Shown here: positions 39,401-54,530 of the stretch, piece after piece
Position numbering within the stretch: the stretch's first letter is position 1
Layout: each line of letters starts with the position of its first letter
From: Paragordius varius
Lineage: Eukaryota > Animalia > Nematomorpha
Reading direction: 5' to 3'
Length of the DNA: 64,000 nucleotides
NCBI GenBank assembly: GCA_964247055.1
Contig: OZ176050.1
Span: 186,001 to 250,000 of the forward strand
Notes under the pieces: generated by a model
Databases searched by the model: none
Seen by the model: only the letters and a program-made list of their open reading frames with translations
What the model was told of the DNA's origin: nothing
Program-made: the position numbers and the translations under genes

Positions 39401-42400
39401 AGCCCTATGGTAGTTCCATCATCACCCCAAATATTTTCGAGATCGGAGTATACATGTAATTTTTATGAATTTTTTAAATATTTAAAAAACTTATTTTATA
39501 CGATTTTAAAAATAAAAATGGCTACCTAAAATCCAAATTTGATCAGGTGATGTCACTATAATTTTTTTGGGTAGCCCTATGGTAGTTCCATCATCACCCC
39601 AAATATTTTCGAGATCGGAGTATAAATGTAATTTTTATGAATTTTATAAATATTTAAAAAATTTATTTTATACGATTTTAAAAATAAAAATGGCTACCTA
39701 AAATCCAAATTTGATCAGGTGATGTCACCATAATATTTTTTTGGGTAGCCCTATAGTAGTTCCATCATCACCCCAAATATTTTCGAGATCGGAGTATAAA
39801 TGTAATTTTTATGAATTTTTTAAATATTTAAAAAATTTATTTTATACGATTTTAAAAATAAAAATGGCTGCCTAAAATCCAAATTTGATCAGGTGATGTC
39901 ACCATAATTTTTTAAGGTAGCCCTATGGTAGTTCCATCATCACCCCAAATATTTTCGAGATCGGGGTATAAATGTAATTTTTATGAATTTTTTAAATATT
40001 TAAAAAATTTATTTTATACGATTTTAAAAATAAAAATGGCTACCTAAAATCCAAATTTGATCAGGTGATGTCACCATAATTTTTTTTGGGTAGCCCTATG
40101 GTAGTTCCATCATCACCCCAAATATTGTCGAGATCGGAGTATAAATGTAATTTTTTTGAATTTTTTAAATATTTAAAAAATTTATTTTATACGATTTTAA
40201 AAATAAAAATGGCTACCTAAAATCCAAATTTGATCAGGTGATGTCACCATAATTTTTTTTGGGTAGCCCTATGGTAGTTCCATCATCACCCCAAATATTT
40301 TCGAGATCGGAGTATAAATGTAATTTTTATGAATTTTTTAAATATTTAAAAAATTTATTTTATACGATTTTAAAAATAAAAATGGCTACCTAAAATCCAA
40401 ATTTGATCAGGTGATGTCCCATAATTTTTTTTGGGTAGCCCTATGGTAGTTCCATCATCACCCCAAATATTTTCGAGATCGGAGTATAAATGTAATTTTT
40501 ATGAATTTTTTAAATATTTAAAAAATTTATTTTATACGATTTTAAAAATAAAAATGGCTACCTAAAATCCAAATTTGATCAGGTGATGTCACCATAATTT
40601 TTTTTGGGTAGCCCTATGGTAGTTCCATCATCACCCCAAATATTGTCGAGATCGGAGTATAAATGTAATTTTTTTGAATTTTTTAAATATTTAAAAATAT
40701 TATTTTATACGATTTTAAAAATAAAAATGGCTACCTAAAATCCAAATTTGATCAGGTGATGTCGCCATAATTTTTTTTGGGTAGCCCTATAGTAGTTCCA
40801 TCATCACCCCAAATATTTTCGAGATCGGAGTATAAATGTAATTTTTATGAATTTTTTAAATATTTAAAAAATTTATTTTATACGATTTTAAAAATAAAAA
40901 TGGCTACCTAAAATCCAAATTTGATCAGGTGATGTCACCATAATTTTTTAAGGTAGCCCTATGGTAGTTCCATCATCACCCCAAATATTTTCGAGATCGG
41001 GGTATAAATGTAATTTTTATGAAGTTTTTAAATATTTAAAAAATTTATTTTATACGATTTTAAAAATAAAAATGGCTACCTAAAATCCAAATTTGATCAG
41101 GTGATGTCACCATAATTTTTTTTGGGTAGCCCTATGGTAGTTCCATCATCACCCCAAATATTTTCGAGATCGGAGTATAAATCTAATTTTTATGAATTTT
41201 TTAAATATTTAAAAAATTTATTTTATACGATTTTAAAAATAAAAATGGCTACCTAAAATCCAAATTTGATCAGGTGATGTCACCATAATTTTTTTTGGGT
41301 AGCCCTATGGTAGTTCCATCATCACCCCAAATATTTTCGAGATCGGAGTATAAATGTAATTTTTATGAATTTTTTAAATATTTAAAAAATTTATTTTATA
41401 CGATTTTAAAAATAAAAATGGCTACCTAAAATCCAAATTTGATCAGGTGATGTCACCATAATTTTTTTTGGGTAGCCCTATGGTAGTTCCATCATCACCC
41501 CAAATATTGTCGAGATCGGAGTATAAATGTAATTTTTTTGAATTTTTTAAATATTTAAAAATATTATTTTATACGATTTTAAAAATAAAAATGGCTACCT
41601 AAAATCCAAATTTGATCAGGTGATGTCGCCATAATTTTTTTTGGGTAGCCCTATAGTAGTTCCATCATCACCCCAAATATTTTCGAGATCGGAGTATAAA
41701 TGTAATTTTTATGAATTTTTTAAATATTTAAAAAATTTATTTTATACGATTTTAAAAATAAAAATGGCTACCTAAAATCCAAATTTGATCAGGTGATGTC
41801 ACCATAATTTTTTAAGGTAGCCCTATGGTAGTTCCATCATCACCCCAAATATTTTCGAGATCGGGGTATAAATGTAATTTTTATGAATTTTTTAAATATT
41901 TAAAAAATTTATTTTATACGATTTTAAAAATAAAAATGGCTACCTAAAATCCAAATTTGATCAGGTGATGTCACCATAATTTTTTTTGGGTAGCCCTATG
42001 GTAGTTCCATCATCACCCCAAATATTGTCGAGATCGGAGTATAAATGTAATTTTTTTGAATTTTTAAAATATTTAAAAAATTTATTTTATACGATTTTAA
42101 AAATAAAAATGGCTACCCAAAATCCAAATTTGATCAGGTGATGTCGTCATAATTTTTTTTGGGTAGCCCTATGGTAGTTCCATCATCACCCCAAATATTT
42201 TGGGGATCGGACTATAAATGTAATTTTTATGAAGTTTTTAAATATTTAAAAAATTTATTTTATACGATTTTAAAAATAAAAATGGCTACCTAAAATCCAA
42301 ATTTGATCAGGTGATGTCACCATAATTTTTTTTGGGTAGCCCTATGGTAGTTCCATCATCACCCCAAATATTTTCGAGATCGGAGTATAAATGTAATTTT

Positions 42401-45400
42401 TATGAATTTTTTAAATATTTAAAAAATTTATTTTATACGATTTTAAAAATAAAAATGGCTACCTAAAATCCAAATTTGATCAGGTGATGTCACCATAATT
42501 TTTTTTGGGTAGCCCTATGGTAGTTCCATCATCACCCCAAATATTTTCGAGATCGGAGTATAAATGTAATTTTTATGAATTTTTTAAATATTTAAAAAAT
42601 TTATTTTATACGATTTTAAAAATAAAAATGGCTACCTAAAATCCAAATTTGATCAGGTGATGTCACCATAATTTTTTTTGGGTAGCCCTATGGTAGTTCC
42701 ATCATCACCCCAAATATTGTCGAGATCGGAGTATAAATGTAATTTTTTTGAATTTTTTAAATATTTAAAAATATTATTTTATACGATTTTAAAAATAAAA
42801 ATGGCTACCTAAAATCCAAATTTGATCAGGTGATGTCGCCATAATTTTTTTTGGGTAGCCCTATAGTAGTTCCATCATCACCCCAAATATTTTCGAGATC
42901 GGAGTATAAATGTAATTTTTATGAATTTTTTAAATATTTAAAAAATTTATTTTATACGATTTTAAAAATAAAAATGGCTACCTAAAATCCAAATTTGATC
43001 AGGTGATGTCACCATAATTTTTTAAGGTAGCCCTATGGTAGTTCCATCATCACCCCAAATATTTTCGAGATCGGGGTATAAATGTAATTTTTATGAATTT
43101 TTTAAATATTTAAAAAATTTATTTTATACGATTTTAAAAATAAAAATGGCTACCTAAAATCCAAATTTGATCAGGTGATGTCACCATAATTTTTTTTGGG
43201 TAGCCCTATGGTAGTTCCATCATCACCCCAAATATTGTCGAGATCGGGGTATAAATGTAATTTTTTTGAATTTTTTAAATATTTAAAAAATTTATTTTAT
43301 ACGATTTTAAAAATAAAAATGGCTACATAAAATCCAAATTTGATCAGGTGATGTCGTCATAATTTTTTTTGGGTAGCCCTATGGTAGTTCCATCATCACC
43401 CCAAATATTTTGGGGATCGGACTATAAATGTAATTTTTATGAAGTTTTTAAATATTTAAAAAATTTATTTTATACGATTTTAAAAATAAAAATGGCTACC
43501 TAAAATCCAAATTTGATCAGGTGATGTCACCATAATTTTTTTTGGGTAGCCCTATGGTAGTTCCATCATCACCCCAAATATTTTCGAGATCGGAGTATAA
43601 ATGTAATTTTTATGAATTTTTTAAATATTTAAAAAATTTATTTTATACGATTTTAAAAATAAAAATGGCTACCTAAAATCCAAATTTGATCAGGTGATGT
43701 CACCATAATTTTTTTTGGGTAGCCCTATGGTAGTTCCATCATCACCCCAAATATTGTCGAGATCGGAGTATAAATGTAATTTTTTTGAATTTTTTAAATA
43801 TTTAAAAATATTATTTTATACGATTTTAAAAATAAAAATGGCTACCTAAAATCCAAATTTGATCTAGTGATGTCGCCATAATTTTTTTTGGGTAGCCCTA
43901 TAGTAGTTCCATCATCACCCCAAATATTTTCGAGATCGGAGTATAAAAGTAATTTTTATGAATTTTTTAAATATTTAAAAAATTTATTTTATACGATTTT
44001 AAAAATAAAAATGGCTACCTAAAATCCAAATTTGATCAGGTGATGTCACCATAATTTTTTTTGGGTAGCCCTATGGTAGTTCCATCATCACCCCAAATAT
44101 TTTCGAGATCGGAATATAAATGTAATTTTTATGAATTTTTTAAATATTTAAAAAATTTATTTTATACGATTTTAAAAATAAAAATGGCTACCTAAAATCC
44201 AAATTTGATCAGGTGATGTCACCATAATTTTTTTTGGGTAGCCCTATGGTAGTTCCATCATCACCCCAAATATTGTCGAGATCGGAGTATAAATGTAATT
44301 TTTTTGAATTTTTTAAATATTTAAAAAATTTATTTTATACGATTTTAAAAATAAAAATGGCTACCTAAAATCCAAATTTGATCAGGTGATGTCGCCATAA
44401 TTTTTTTTGGGTAGCCCTATGGTAGTTCCATCATCACCCCAAATATTTTCGAGATCGGAGTATAAATGTAATTTTTATGAATTTTTTAAATATTTAAAAA
44501 ATTTATTTTATACGATTTTAAAAATAAAAATGGCTACCTAAAATCCAAATTTGATCAGGTGATATCACCATAATTTTTTTTGGGTAGCCCTATGGTAGTT
44601 CCATCATCACCCCAAATATTTTCGAGATCGGAGTATAAATGTAATTTTTATGAATTTTTTAAATATTTAAAAAATTTATTTTATACGATTTTAAAAATAA
44701 AAATGGCTACCTAAAATCCAAATTTGATCAGGTGATGTCACCATAATTTTTTTTGGGTAGCCCTATGTTAGTTCCATCATTACCCCAAATATTTTCGAGA
44801 TCGGAGTATAAATGTAATTTTTATGAATTTTTTAAATATTTAAAAAATTTATTTTATACGATTTTATAAATAAAAATGGCTACCTAAAATCCAAATTTGA
44901 TCAGGTGATGTCACCATAATTTTTTTTGGGTAGCCCTATGTTAGTTCCATCATCACCCCAAATATTTTCGAGATCGGAGTATAAATGTAATTTTTATGAA
45001 TTTTTTAAATATTTAAAAAATTTATTTTATACGATTTTAAAAATAAAAATGGCTACCTAAAATCCAAATTTGATCAGGTGATGTCACTATAATTTTTTTG
45101 GGTAGCCCTATGGTAGTTCCATCATCACCCCAAATATTTTGGGGATCGGACTATAAATGTAATTTTTATGAATTTTTTAAATATTTAAAAAATTAATTTT
45201 ATACGATTTTAAAAAATGGCTACCTAAAATCCAAATTTGATCAGGTGATGTCACCATAATTTTTTTTGGGTAGCCCTATGGTAGTTCCATCATCACCCCA
45301 AATATTTTCGAGATCAGAGTATAAATGTAATTTTTATGAATTTTTTAAATATTTAAAAAATTTATTTTATACGATTTTAAAAATAAAAATGGCTACCTAA

Positions 45401-46063
45401 AATCCAAATTTGATCAGGTGATGTCACTATAATTTTTTTGGGTAGCCCTATGGTAGTTCCATCATCACCCCAAATATTTTGGGGATCGGACTATAAATGT
45501 AATTTTTATGAATTTTTTAAATATTTAAAAAATTTATTTTATACGATTTTAAAAAATGGCTTCCTAAAATCCAAATTTGATCAGGTGATGTCACCATAAT
45601 TTTTTTTGGGTAGCCCTATGGTAGTTCCATCATCACCCCAAATATTTTCGAGATCAGAGTATAAATGTAATTTTTATGAATTTTTTAAATATTTAAAAAA
45701 TTTATTTTATACGATTTTAAAAATAAAAATGGCTATCCTAAAATCCAAATTTGATCAGGTGATGTCACTATAATTTTTTTGGGTAGCCCTATGGTAGTTC
45801 CATCATCACCCCAAATATTTTCGAGATCGGAGTATAAATGTAATGTTTATGAATTTTTTAAATATTTAAAAAATTTATTTTATACGATTTTAAAAATAAA
45901 AATGGCTACCTAAAATCCAAATTTGATCAGGTGATGTCACCATAATTTTTTTTGGGTAGCCCTATGGTAGTTCCATCATCACCCCAAATATTTTCGAGAT
46001 CGGAGTATAAATGTATTTTTTATGAATTTTTTAAATATTTAAAAAATTTATTTTATACGATTT
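36420..46063 (+). repeat. Dispersed 12-monomer duplication: 36420-38483 is similar to 44000-46063 (offset 7580 bp)
   Basis: Markers recur at +7580: GAATA (36420/44000), GATATC (36939/44519), TTTTATAAA (37285/44865), 5-bp deletions (37630/45210, 37970/45550), GGCTTCC, and the GGCTATCCT insertion (38138/45718). Confidence 0.9.
40543..43999 (+). repeat. Variable-length (5-7 mer) higher-order repeat built on a TGTCG-ATATT / GCC-ATAG / T6-AAGG trimer
   Basis: Units start at 40543 (5-mer), 41407 (7-mer, 1210 bp), 42617 (6-mer) and 43654 (partial). Confidence 0.8.
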
Positions 46064-47101
46064 TAAAAATAAAAATGGCTACCTAAAATCCAAATTTGAT
46101 CAGGTGATGTCACCATAATTTTTTTTGGGTAGCCCTATGGTAGTTCCATCATCACCCCAAATATTTTCGAGATCGGAGTATAAATGTATTTTTTATGAAT
46201 TTTTTAAATATTTAAAAAATTTATTTTATACGATTTTAAAAATAAAAATGGCTACCTAAAATCCAAATTTGATCAGGTGATGTCACCATAATTTTTTTTG
46301 GGTAGCCCTATGGTAGTTCCATCATCACCCCAAATATTGTCGAGATCGGAGTATAAATGTAATTTTTTTGAATTTTTTAAATATTTAAAAAATTTATTTT
46401 ATACGATTTTAAAAATAAAAATGGCTACCTAAAATCCAAATTTGATCAGGTGATGTCGCCATAATTTTTTTTGGGTAGCCCTATGGTAGTTCCATCATCA
46501 CCCCAAATATTTTGGGGATCGGACTATAAATGTAATTTTTATGAAGTTTTTAAATAATTAAAAAATTTATTTTATACGATTTTAAAAATAAAAATGGCTA
46601 CCTAAAATCCAAATTTGATCAGGTGATGTCACCATAATTTTTTTTGGGTAGCCCTATGGTAGTTCCATCATCACCCCAAATATTTTCGAGATCGGAGTAT
46701 AAATGTAATTTTTATGAATTTTTTAAATATTTAAAAAACTTATTTTATACGATTTTAAAAATAAAAATGGCTACCTAAAATCCAAATTTGATCAGGTGAT
46801 GTCACTATAATTTTTTTGGGTAGCCCTATGGTAGTTCCATCATCACCCCAAATATTTTCGAGATCGGAGTATAAATGTAATTTTTATGAATTTTATAAAT
46901 TTTTAAAAAATTTATTTTATACGATTTTAAAAATAAAAATGGCTACCTAAAATCCAAATTTGATCAGGTGATGTCACCATAATATTTTTTTGGGTAGCCC
47001 TATAGTAGTTCCATCATCACCCCAAATATTTTCGAGATCGGAGTATAAATGTAATTTTTATGAATTTTTTAAATATTTAAAAAATTTATTTTATACGATT
47101 T

Positions 47102-50100
47102 TAAAAATAAAAATGGCTACCTAAAATCCAAATTTGATCAGGTGATGTCACCATAATTTTTTTTGGGTAGCCCTATGGTAGTTCCATCATCACCCCAAAT
47201 ATTGTCGAGATCGGAGTATAAATGTAATTTTTTTGAATTTTTTAAATATTTAAAAATATTATTTTATACGATTTTAAAAATAAAAATGGCTACCTAAAAT
47301 CCAAATTTGATCAGGTGATGTCACCATAATTTTTTTTGGGTAGCCCTATGGTAGTTCCATCATCACCCCAAATATTGTCGAGATCGGAGTATAAATGTAA
47401 TTTTTTTGAATTTTTTAAATATTTAAAAAATTTATTTTATACGATTTTAAAAATAAAAATGGCTACCTAAAATCCAAATTTGATCAGGTGATGTCGTCAT
47501 AATTTTTTTTGGGTAGCCCTATGGTAGTTCCATCATCACCCCAAATATTTTGGGGATCGGACTATAAATGTAATTTTTATGAAGTTTTTAAATATTTAAA
47601 AAATTTATTTTATACGATTTTAAAAATAAAAATGGCTACCTAAAATCCAAATTTGATCAGGTGATGTCACCATAATTTTTTTTGGGTAGCCCTATGGTAG
47701 TTCCATCATCACCCCAAATATTTTCGAGATCGGAGTATAAATGTAATTTTTATGAATTTTTTAAATATTTAAAAAATTTATTTTATACGATTTTAAAAAT
47801 AAAAATGGCTACCTAAAATCCAAATTTGATCAGGTGATGTCACCATAATTTTTTTTGGGTAGCCCTATGGTAGTTCCATCATCACCCCAAATATTTTCGA
47901 GATCGGAGTATAAATGTAATTTTTATGAATTTTTTAAATATTTAAAAAATTTATTTTATACGATTTTAAAAATAAAAATGGCTACCTAAAATCCAAATTT
48001 GATCAGGTGATGTCACCATAATTTTTTTTGGGTAGCCCTATGGTAGTTCCATCATCACCGCAAATATTGTCGAGATCGGAGTATAAATGTAATTTTTTTG
48101 AATTTTTTAAATATTTAAAAATATTATTTTATACCATTTTAAAAATAAAAATGGCTACCTAAAATCCAAATTTGATCAGGTGATGTCGCCATAATTTTTT
48201 TTGGGTAGCCCTATAGTAGTTCCATCATCACCCCAAATATTTTCGAGATCGGAGTATAAATGTAATTTTTATGAATTTTTTAAATATTTAAAAAATTTAT
48301 TTTATACGATTTTAAAAATAATAATGGCTACCTAAAATCCAAATTTGATCAGGTGATGTCACCATAATTTTTTAAGGTAGCCCTATGGTAGTTCCATCAT
48401 CACCCCAAATATTTTCGAGATCGGGGTATAAATGTAATTTTTATGAATTTTTTAAATATTTAAAAAATTTATTTTATACGATTTTAAAAATAAAAATGGC
48501 TACCTAAAATCCAAATTTGATCAGGTGATGTCACCATAATTTTTTTTGGGTAGCCCTATGGTAGTTCCATCATCACCCCAAATATTGTCGAGATCGGAGT
48601 ATAAATGTAATTTTTTTGAATTTTTTAAATATTTAAAAAATTTATTTTATACGATTTTAAAAATAAAAATGGCTACCTAAAATCCAAATTTGATCAGGTG
48701 ATGTCGTCATAATTTTTTTTGGGTAGCCCTATGGTAGTTCCATCATCACCCCAAATATTTTCGAGATCGGAGTATAAATGTAATTTTTATGAATTTTTTA
48801 AATATTTAAAAAATTTATTTTATACGATTTTAAAAATAAAAATGGCTACCTAAAATCCAAATTTGATCAGGTGATGTCACCATAATTTTTTTGGGTAGCC
48901 CTATGGTAGTTCCATCATCACCCCGAATACTTTGGGGATCGGACTATAAATGTAATTTTTTTGAATTTTTTAAATATTTAAAAAATTTATTTTATACGAT
49001 TTTAAAAATAAAAATGGCTACCTAAAATCCAAATTTGATCAGGTGATGTCACCATAATTTTTTTTGGGTAGCCCTATGGTAGTTCCATCATCACCCCAAA
49101 TATTGTCGAGATCGGAGTATAAATGTAATTTTTTTGAATTTTTTAAATATTTAAAAATATTATTTTATACGATTTTAAAAATAAAAATGGCTACCTAAAA
49201 TCCAAATTTGATCAGGTGATGTCACCATAATTTTTTTTGGGTAGCCCTATGGTAGTTCCATCATCACCCCAAATATTGTCGAGATCGGAGTATAAATGTA
49301 ATTTTTTTGAATTTTTTAAATATTTAAAAAATTTATTTTATTCGATTTTAAAAATAAAAATGGCTACCTAAAATCCAAATTTGATCAGGTGATGTCGTCA
49401 TAATTTTTTTTGGGTAGCCCTATGGTAGTTCCATCATCACCCCAAATATTTTGGGGATCGGACTATAAATGTAATTTTTATGAAGTTTTTAAATATTTAA
49501 AAAATTTATTTTATACGATTTTAAAAATAAAAATGGCTACCTAAAATCCAAATTTGATCAGGTGATGTCACCATAATTTTTTTTGGGTAGCCCTATGGTA
49601 GTTCCATCATCACCCCAAATATTTTCGAGATCGGAGTATAAATGTAATTTTTATGAATTTTTTAAATATTTAAAAAATTTATTTTATACGATTTTAAAAA
49701 TAAAAATGGCTACCTAAAATCCAAATTTGATCAGGTGATGTCACCATAATTTTTTTTGGGTAGCCCTATGGTAGTTCCATCATCACCCCAAATATTTTCG
49801 AGATCGGAGTATAAATGTAATTTTTATGAATTTTTTAAATATTTAAAAAATTTATTTTATACGATTTTAAAAATAAAAATGGCTACCTAAAATCCAAATT
49901 TGATCAGGTGATGTCGCCATATTTTTTTTTGCGTAGCCCTATGGTAGTTCCATCATCACCCCAAATATTTTGGGGATCGGACTATAAATGTAATTTTTAT
50001 GAATTTTTTAAATATTTAAAAAATTTATTTTATACGATTTTAAAAATAAAAATGGCTACCTAAAATCCAAATTTGATCAGGTGATGTCACCATAATTTTT

Positions 50101-50904
50101 TTTGGGTAGCCCTATGGTAGTTCCATCATCACCCCAAATATTTTCGAGATCGGAATATAAATGTAATTTTTATGAATTTTTTAAATATTTAAAAAATTTA
50201 TTTTATACGATTTTAAAAATAAAAATGGCTACCTAAAATCCAAATTTGATCAAATGATGTCACCATAATTTTTTTTGGGTAGCCCTATGGTAGTTCCATC
50301 ATCACCCCAAATATTTTCGAGATCGGGGTATAAATGTAATTTTTATGAATTTTTTAAATATTTAAAAAATTTATTTTATACGATTTTAAAAATAAAAATG
50401 GCTACCTAAAATCCAAATTTGATCAGGTGATGTCACCATAATTTTTTTTGGGTAGCCCTATGGTAGTTCCATCATCACCCCAAATATTGTCGAGATCGGA
50501 GTATAAATGTAATTTTTTTGAATTTTTTAAATATTTAAAAAATTTATTTTATACGATTTTAAAAATAAAAATGGCTACCTAAAATCCAAATTTGATCAGG
50601 TGATGTCGTCATAATTTTTTTTGGGTAGCCCTATGGTAGTTCCATCATCACCCCAAATATTTTCGAGATCGGAGTATAAATGTAATTTTTATGAATTTTT
50701 TAAATATTTAAAAAATTTATTTTATACGATTTTAAAAATAAAAATGGCTACCTAAAATCCAAATTTGATCAGGTGATGTCACCATAATTTTTTTGGGTAG
50801 CCCTATGGTAGTTCCATCATCACCCCGAATACTTTGGGGATCGGACTATAAATGTAATTTTTTTGAATTTTTTAAATATTTAAAAAATTTATTTTATACG
50901 ATTT
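47102..50904 (+). repeat. 11-monomer tandem duplication (about 1901 bp) with a replaced middle segment
   Basis: 47102-47966 matches 49003-49867, and 48485-49002 matches 50387-50904. The three middle monomers differ. Confidence 0.7.
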
Positions 50905-53900
50905 TAAAAATAAAAATGGCTACCTAAAATCCAAATTTGATCAGGTGATGTCGCCATAATTTTTTTTGCGTAGCCCTATGGTAGTTCCATCATCACCCCA
51001 AATATTTTGGGGATCGGACTATAAATGTAATTTTTATGAATTTTTTAAATATTTAAAAAATTTATTTTATACGATTTTAAAAATAAAAATGGCTACCTAA
51101 AATCCAAATTTGATCAGGTGATGTCACCATAATTTTTTTTGGGTAGCCCTATGGTAGTTCCATCATCACCCCGAATACTTTGGGGATCGGACTATAAATG
51201 TAATATTTTAGAATTTTTTAAATATTTAAAAAATTTATTTTATACGATTTTAAAAATAAAAATGGCTACCTAAAATCCAAATTTGATCAGGTGATGTCGC
51301 CATAATTTTTTTTGCGTAGCCCTATGGTAGTTCCATCATCACCCCAAATATTTTGGGGATCGGACTATAAATGTAATTTTTATGAATTTTTTAAATATTT
51401 AAAAAATTTATTTTATACGATTTTAAAAATAAAAATGGCTACCTAAAATCCAAATTTGATCAGGTGATGTCACCATAATTTTTTTTGGGTAGCCCTATGG
51501 TAGTTCCATCATCACCCCAAATATTTTCGAGATCGGAGTATAAATGTAATTTTTATGAATTTTTTAAATATTTAAAAAATTTATTTTATACGATTTTAAA
51601 AATAAAAATGGCTACCTAAAATCCAAATTTGATCAGGTGATGTCACTATAATTTTTTTGGGTAGCCCTATGGTAGTTCCATCATCACCCCAAATATTTTC
51701 GAGATCGGAGTATAAATGTAATTTTTATGAATTTTTTAAATATTTAAAAAATTTATTTTATACGATTTTAAAAATAAAAATGGCTACCTAAAATCCAAAT
51801 TTGATCAGGTGATGTCACCATAATTTTTTTTGGGTAGCCCTATGGTAGTTCCATCATCACCCCAAATATTTTCGAGATCGGAGTATAAATGTATTTTTTA
51901 TGAATTTTTTAAATATTTAAAAAATTTATTTTATACGATTTTAAAAATAAAAATGGCTAACTAAAATCCAAATTTGATCAGGTGATGTCGCCATAATTTT
52001 TTTTGGGTAGCCCTATGGTAGTTCCATCATCACCCCAAATATTTTCGAGATCGGAGTATAAATGTAATTTTTTTGAATTTTTTAAATATTTAAAAAATTT
52101 ATTTTATACGATTTTAAAAATAAAAATGGCTACCTAAAATCCAAATTTGATCAGGTGATGTCGCCATAATTTTTTTTGCGTAGCCCTATGGTAGTTCCAT
52201 CATCCCCCAAATATTTTGGGGATCGGACTATAAATGTAATTTTTATGAATTTTTTAAATATTTAAAAAATTTATTTTATACGATTTTAAAAATAAAAATG
52301 GCTACCTAAAATCCAAATTTGATCAGGTGATGTCATTATAATTTTTTTTGGGTAGCCCTATGGTAGTTCCATCATCACCCCAAATATTTTCGAGATCGGA
52401 GTATAAATGTAATTTTTATGAATTTTTTAAATATTTAAAAAATTTATTTTATACGATTTTAAAAATAAAAATGGCTACCTAAAATCCAAATTTGATCAGG
52501 TGATGTCACTATAATTTTTTTGGGTAGCCCTATGGTAGTTCCATCATCACCCCAAATATTTTCGAGATCGGAGTATAAATGTAATTTTTATGAATTTTTT
52601 AAATATTTAAAAAATTTATTTTATACGATTTTAAAAATAAAAATGGCTACCTAAAATCCAAATTTGATCAGGTGATGTGGCCATAATTTTTTTTGCGTAG
52701 CCCTATGGTAGTTCCATCATCACCCCAAATATTTTCGAGATCGGAATATAAATGTAATTTTTATGAATTTTTTAAATATTTAAAAAATTTATTTTATACG
52801 ATTTTAAAAATAAAAATGGCTACCTAAAATCCAAATTTGATCAGGTGATGTCACCATAATTTTTTTGGGTAGCCCTATGGTAGTTCCATCATCACCCCAA
52901 ATATTGTCGACATAGGAGTATAAATGTAATTTTTATGAATTTTTTAAATATTTAAAAAATTTATTTTATACGATATTAAAAATAAAAATGGCTACCTAAA
53001 ATCCAAATTTAATCAGGTGATGTCACCATAATTTTTTTGGGTAGCCCTATAGTAGTTCCATCATCACCCCAAATATTTCCGAGATCGGAGTATAAATGTA
53101 ATTTTTATGAATTTTTTAAATATTTAAAAAATTTATTTTATACGATTTTAAAAATAAAAATGGCTACCTAAAATCCAAATTTGATCAGGTGATGTCACCA
53201 TAATTTTTTTTGGGTAGCCCTATGGTAGTTCCATCATCACCCCAAATATTTTCGAGATCGGAGTATAAATGTAATTTTTATGAATTTTTTAAATATTTAA
53301 AAAATTTATTTTATACGATTTTAAAAATAAAAATGGCTACCTAAAATCCAAATTTGATCAGGTGATGTCACTATAATTTTTTTGGGTAGCCCTATGGTAG
53401 TTCCATCATCACCCCAAATATTTTCGAGATCGGAGTATAAATGTAATTTTTATGAATTTTTTAAATATTTAAAAAATTTATTTTATACGATTTTAAAAAT
53501 AAAAATGGCTACCTAAAATCCAAATTTGATCAGGTGATGTGGCCATAATTTTTTTTGCGTAGCCCTATGGTAGTTCCATCATCACCCCAAATATTTTGGG
53601 GATCGGACTATAAATGTAATTTTTATGAATTTTTTAAATATTTAAAAAATTTATTTTATACGATTTTAAAAATAAAAATGGCTACCTAAAATCCAAATTT
53701 GATCAGGTGATGTCACCATAATTTTTTTTGGGTAGCCCTATGGTAGTTCCATCATCACCCCGAATACTTTGGGGATCGGACTATAAATGTAATTTTTTTG
53801 AATTTTTTAAATATTTAAAAAATTTATTTTATACGATTTTAAAAATAAAAATGGCTACCTAAAATCCAAATTTGATCAGGTGATGTCGCCATAATTTTTT

Positions 53901-54530
53901 TTGCGTAGCCCTATGGTAGTTCCATCATCACCCCAAATATTTTGGGGATCGGACTATAAATGTAATTTTTATGAATTTTTTAAATATTTAAAAAATTTAT
54001 TTTATACGATTTTAAAAATAAAAATGGCTACCTAAAATCCAAATTTGATCAGGTGATGTCATTATAATTTTTTTTGGGTAGCCCTATGGTAGTTCCATCA
54101 TCACCCCAAATATTTTCGAGATCGGAGTATAAATGTAATTTTTATGAATTTTTTAAATATTTAAAAAATTTATTTTATACGATTTTAAAAATAAAAATGG
54201 CTACCTAAAATCCAAATTTGATCAGGTGATGTCACCATAATTTTTTTTGGGTAGCCCTATGGTAGTTCCATCATCACCCCAAATATTTTCGAGATCGGAG
54301 TATAAATGTATTTTTTATGAATTTTTTAAATATTTAAAAAATTTATTTTATACGATTTTAAAAATAAAAATGGCTAACTAAAATCCAAATTTGATCAGGT
54401 GATGTCGCCATAATTTTTTTGGGTAGCCCTATGGTAGTTCCATCATCACCCCGAACACTTTGGGGATCGGACTATAAATGTAATTTTTTTGAATTTTTTA
54501 AATATTTAAAAAATTTATTTTATACGATTT

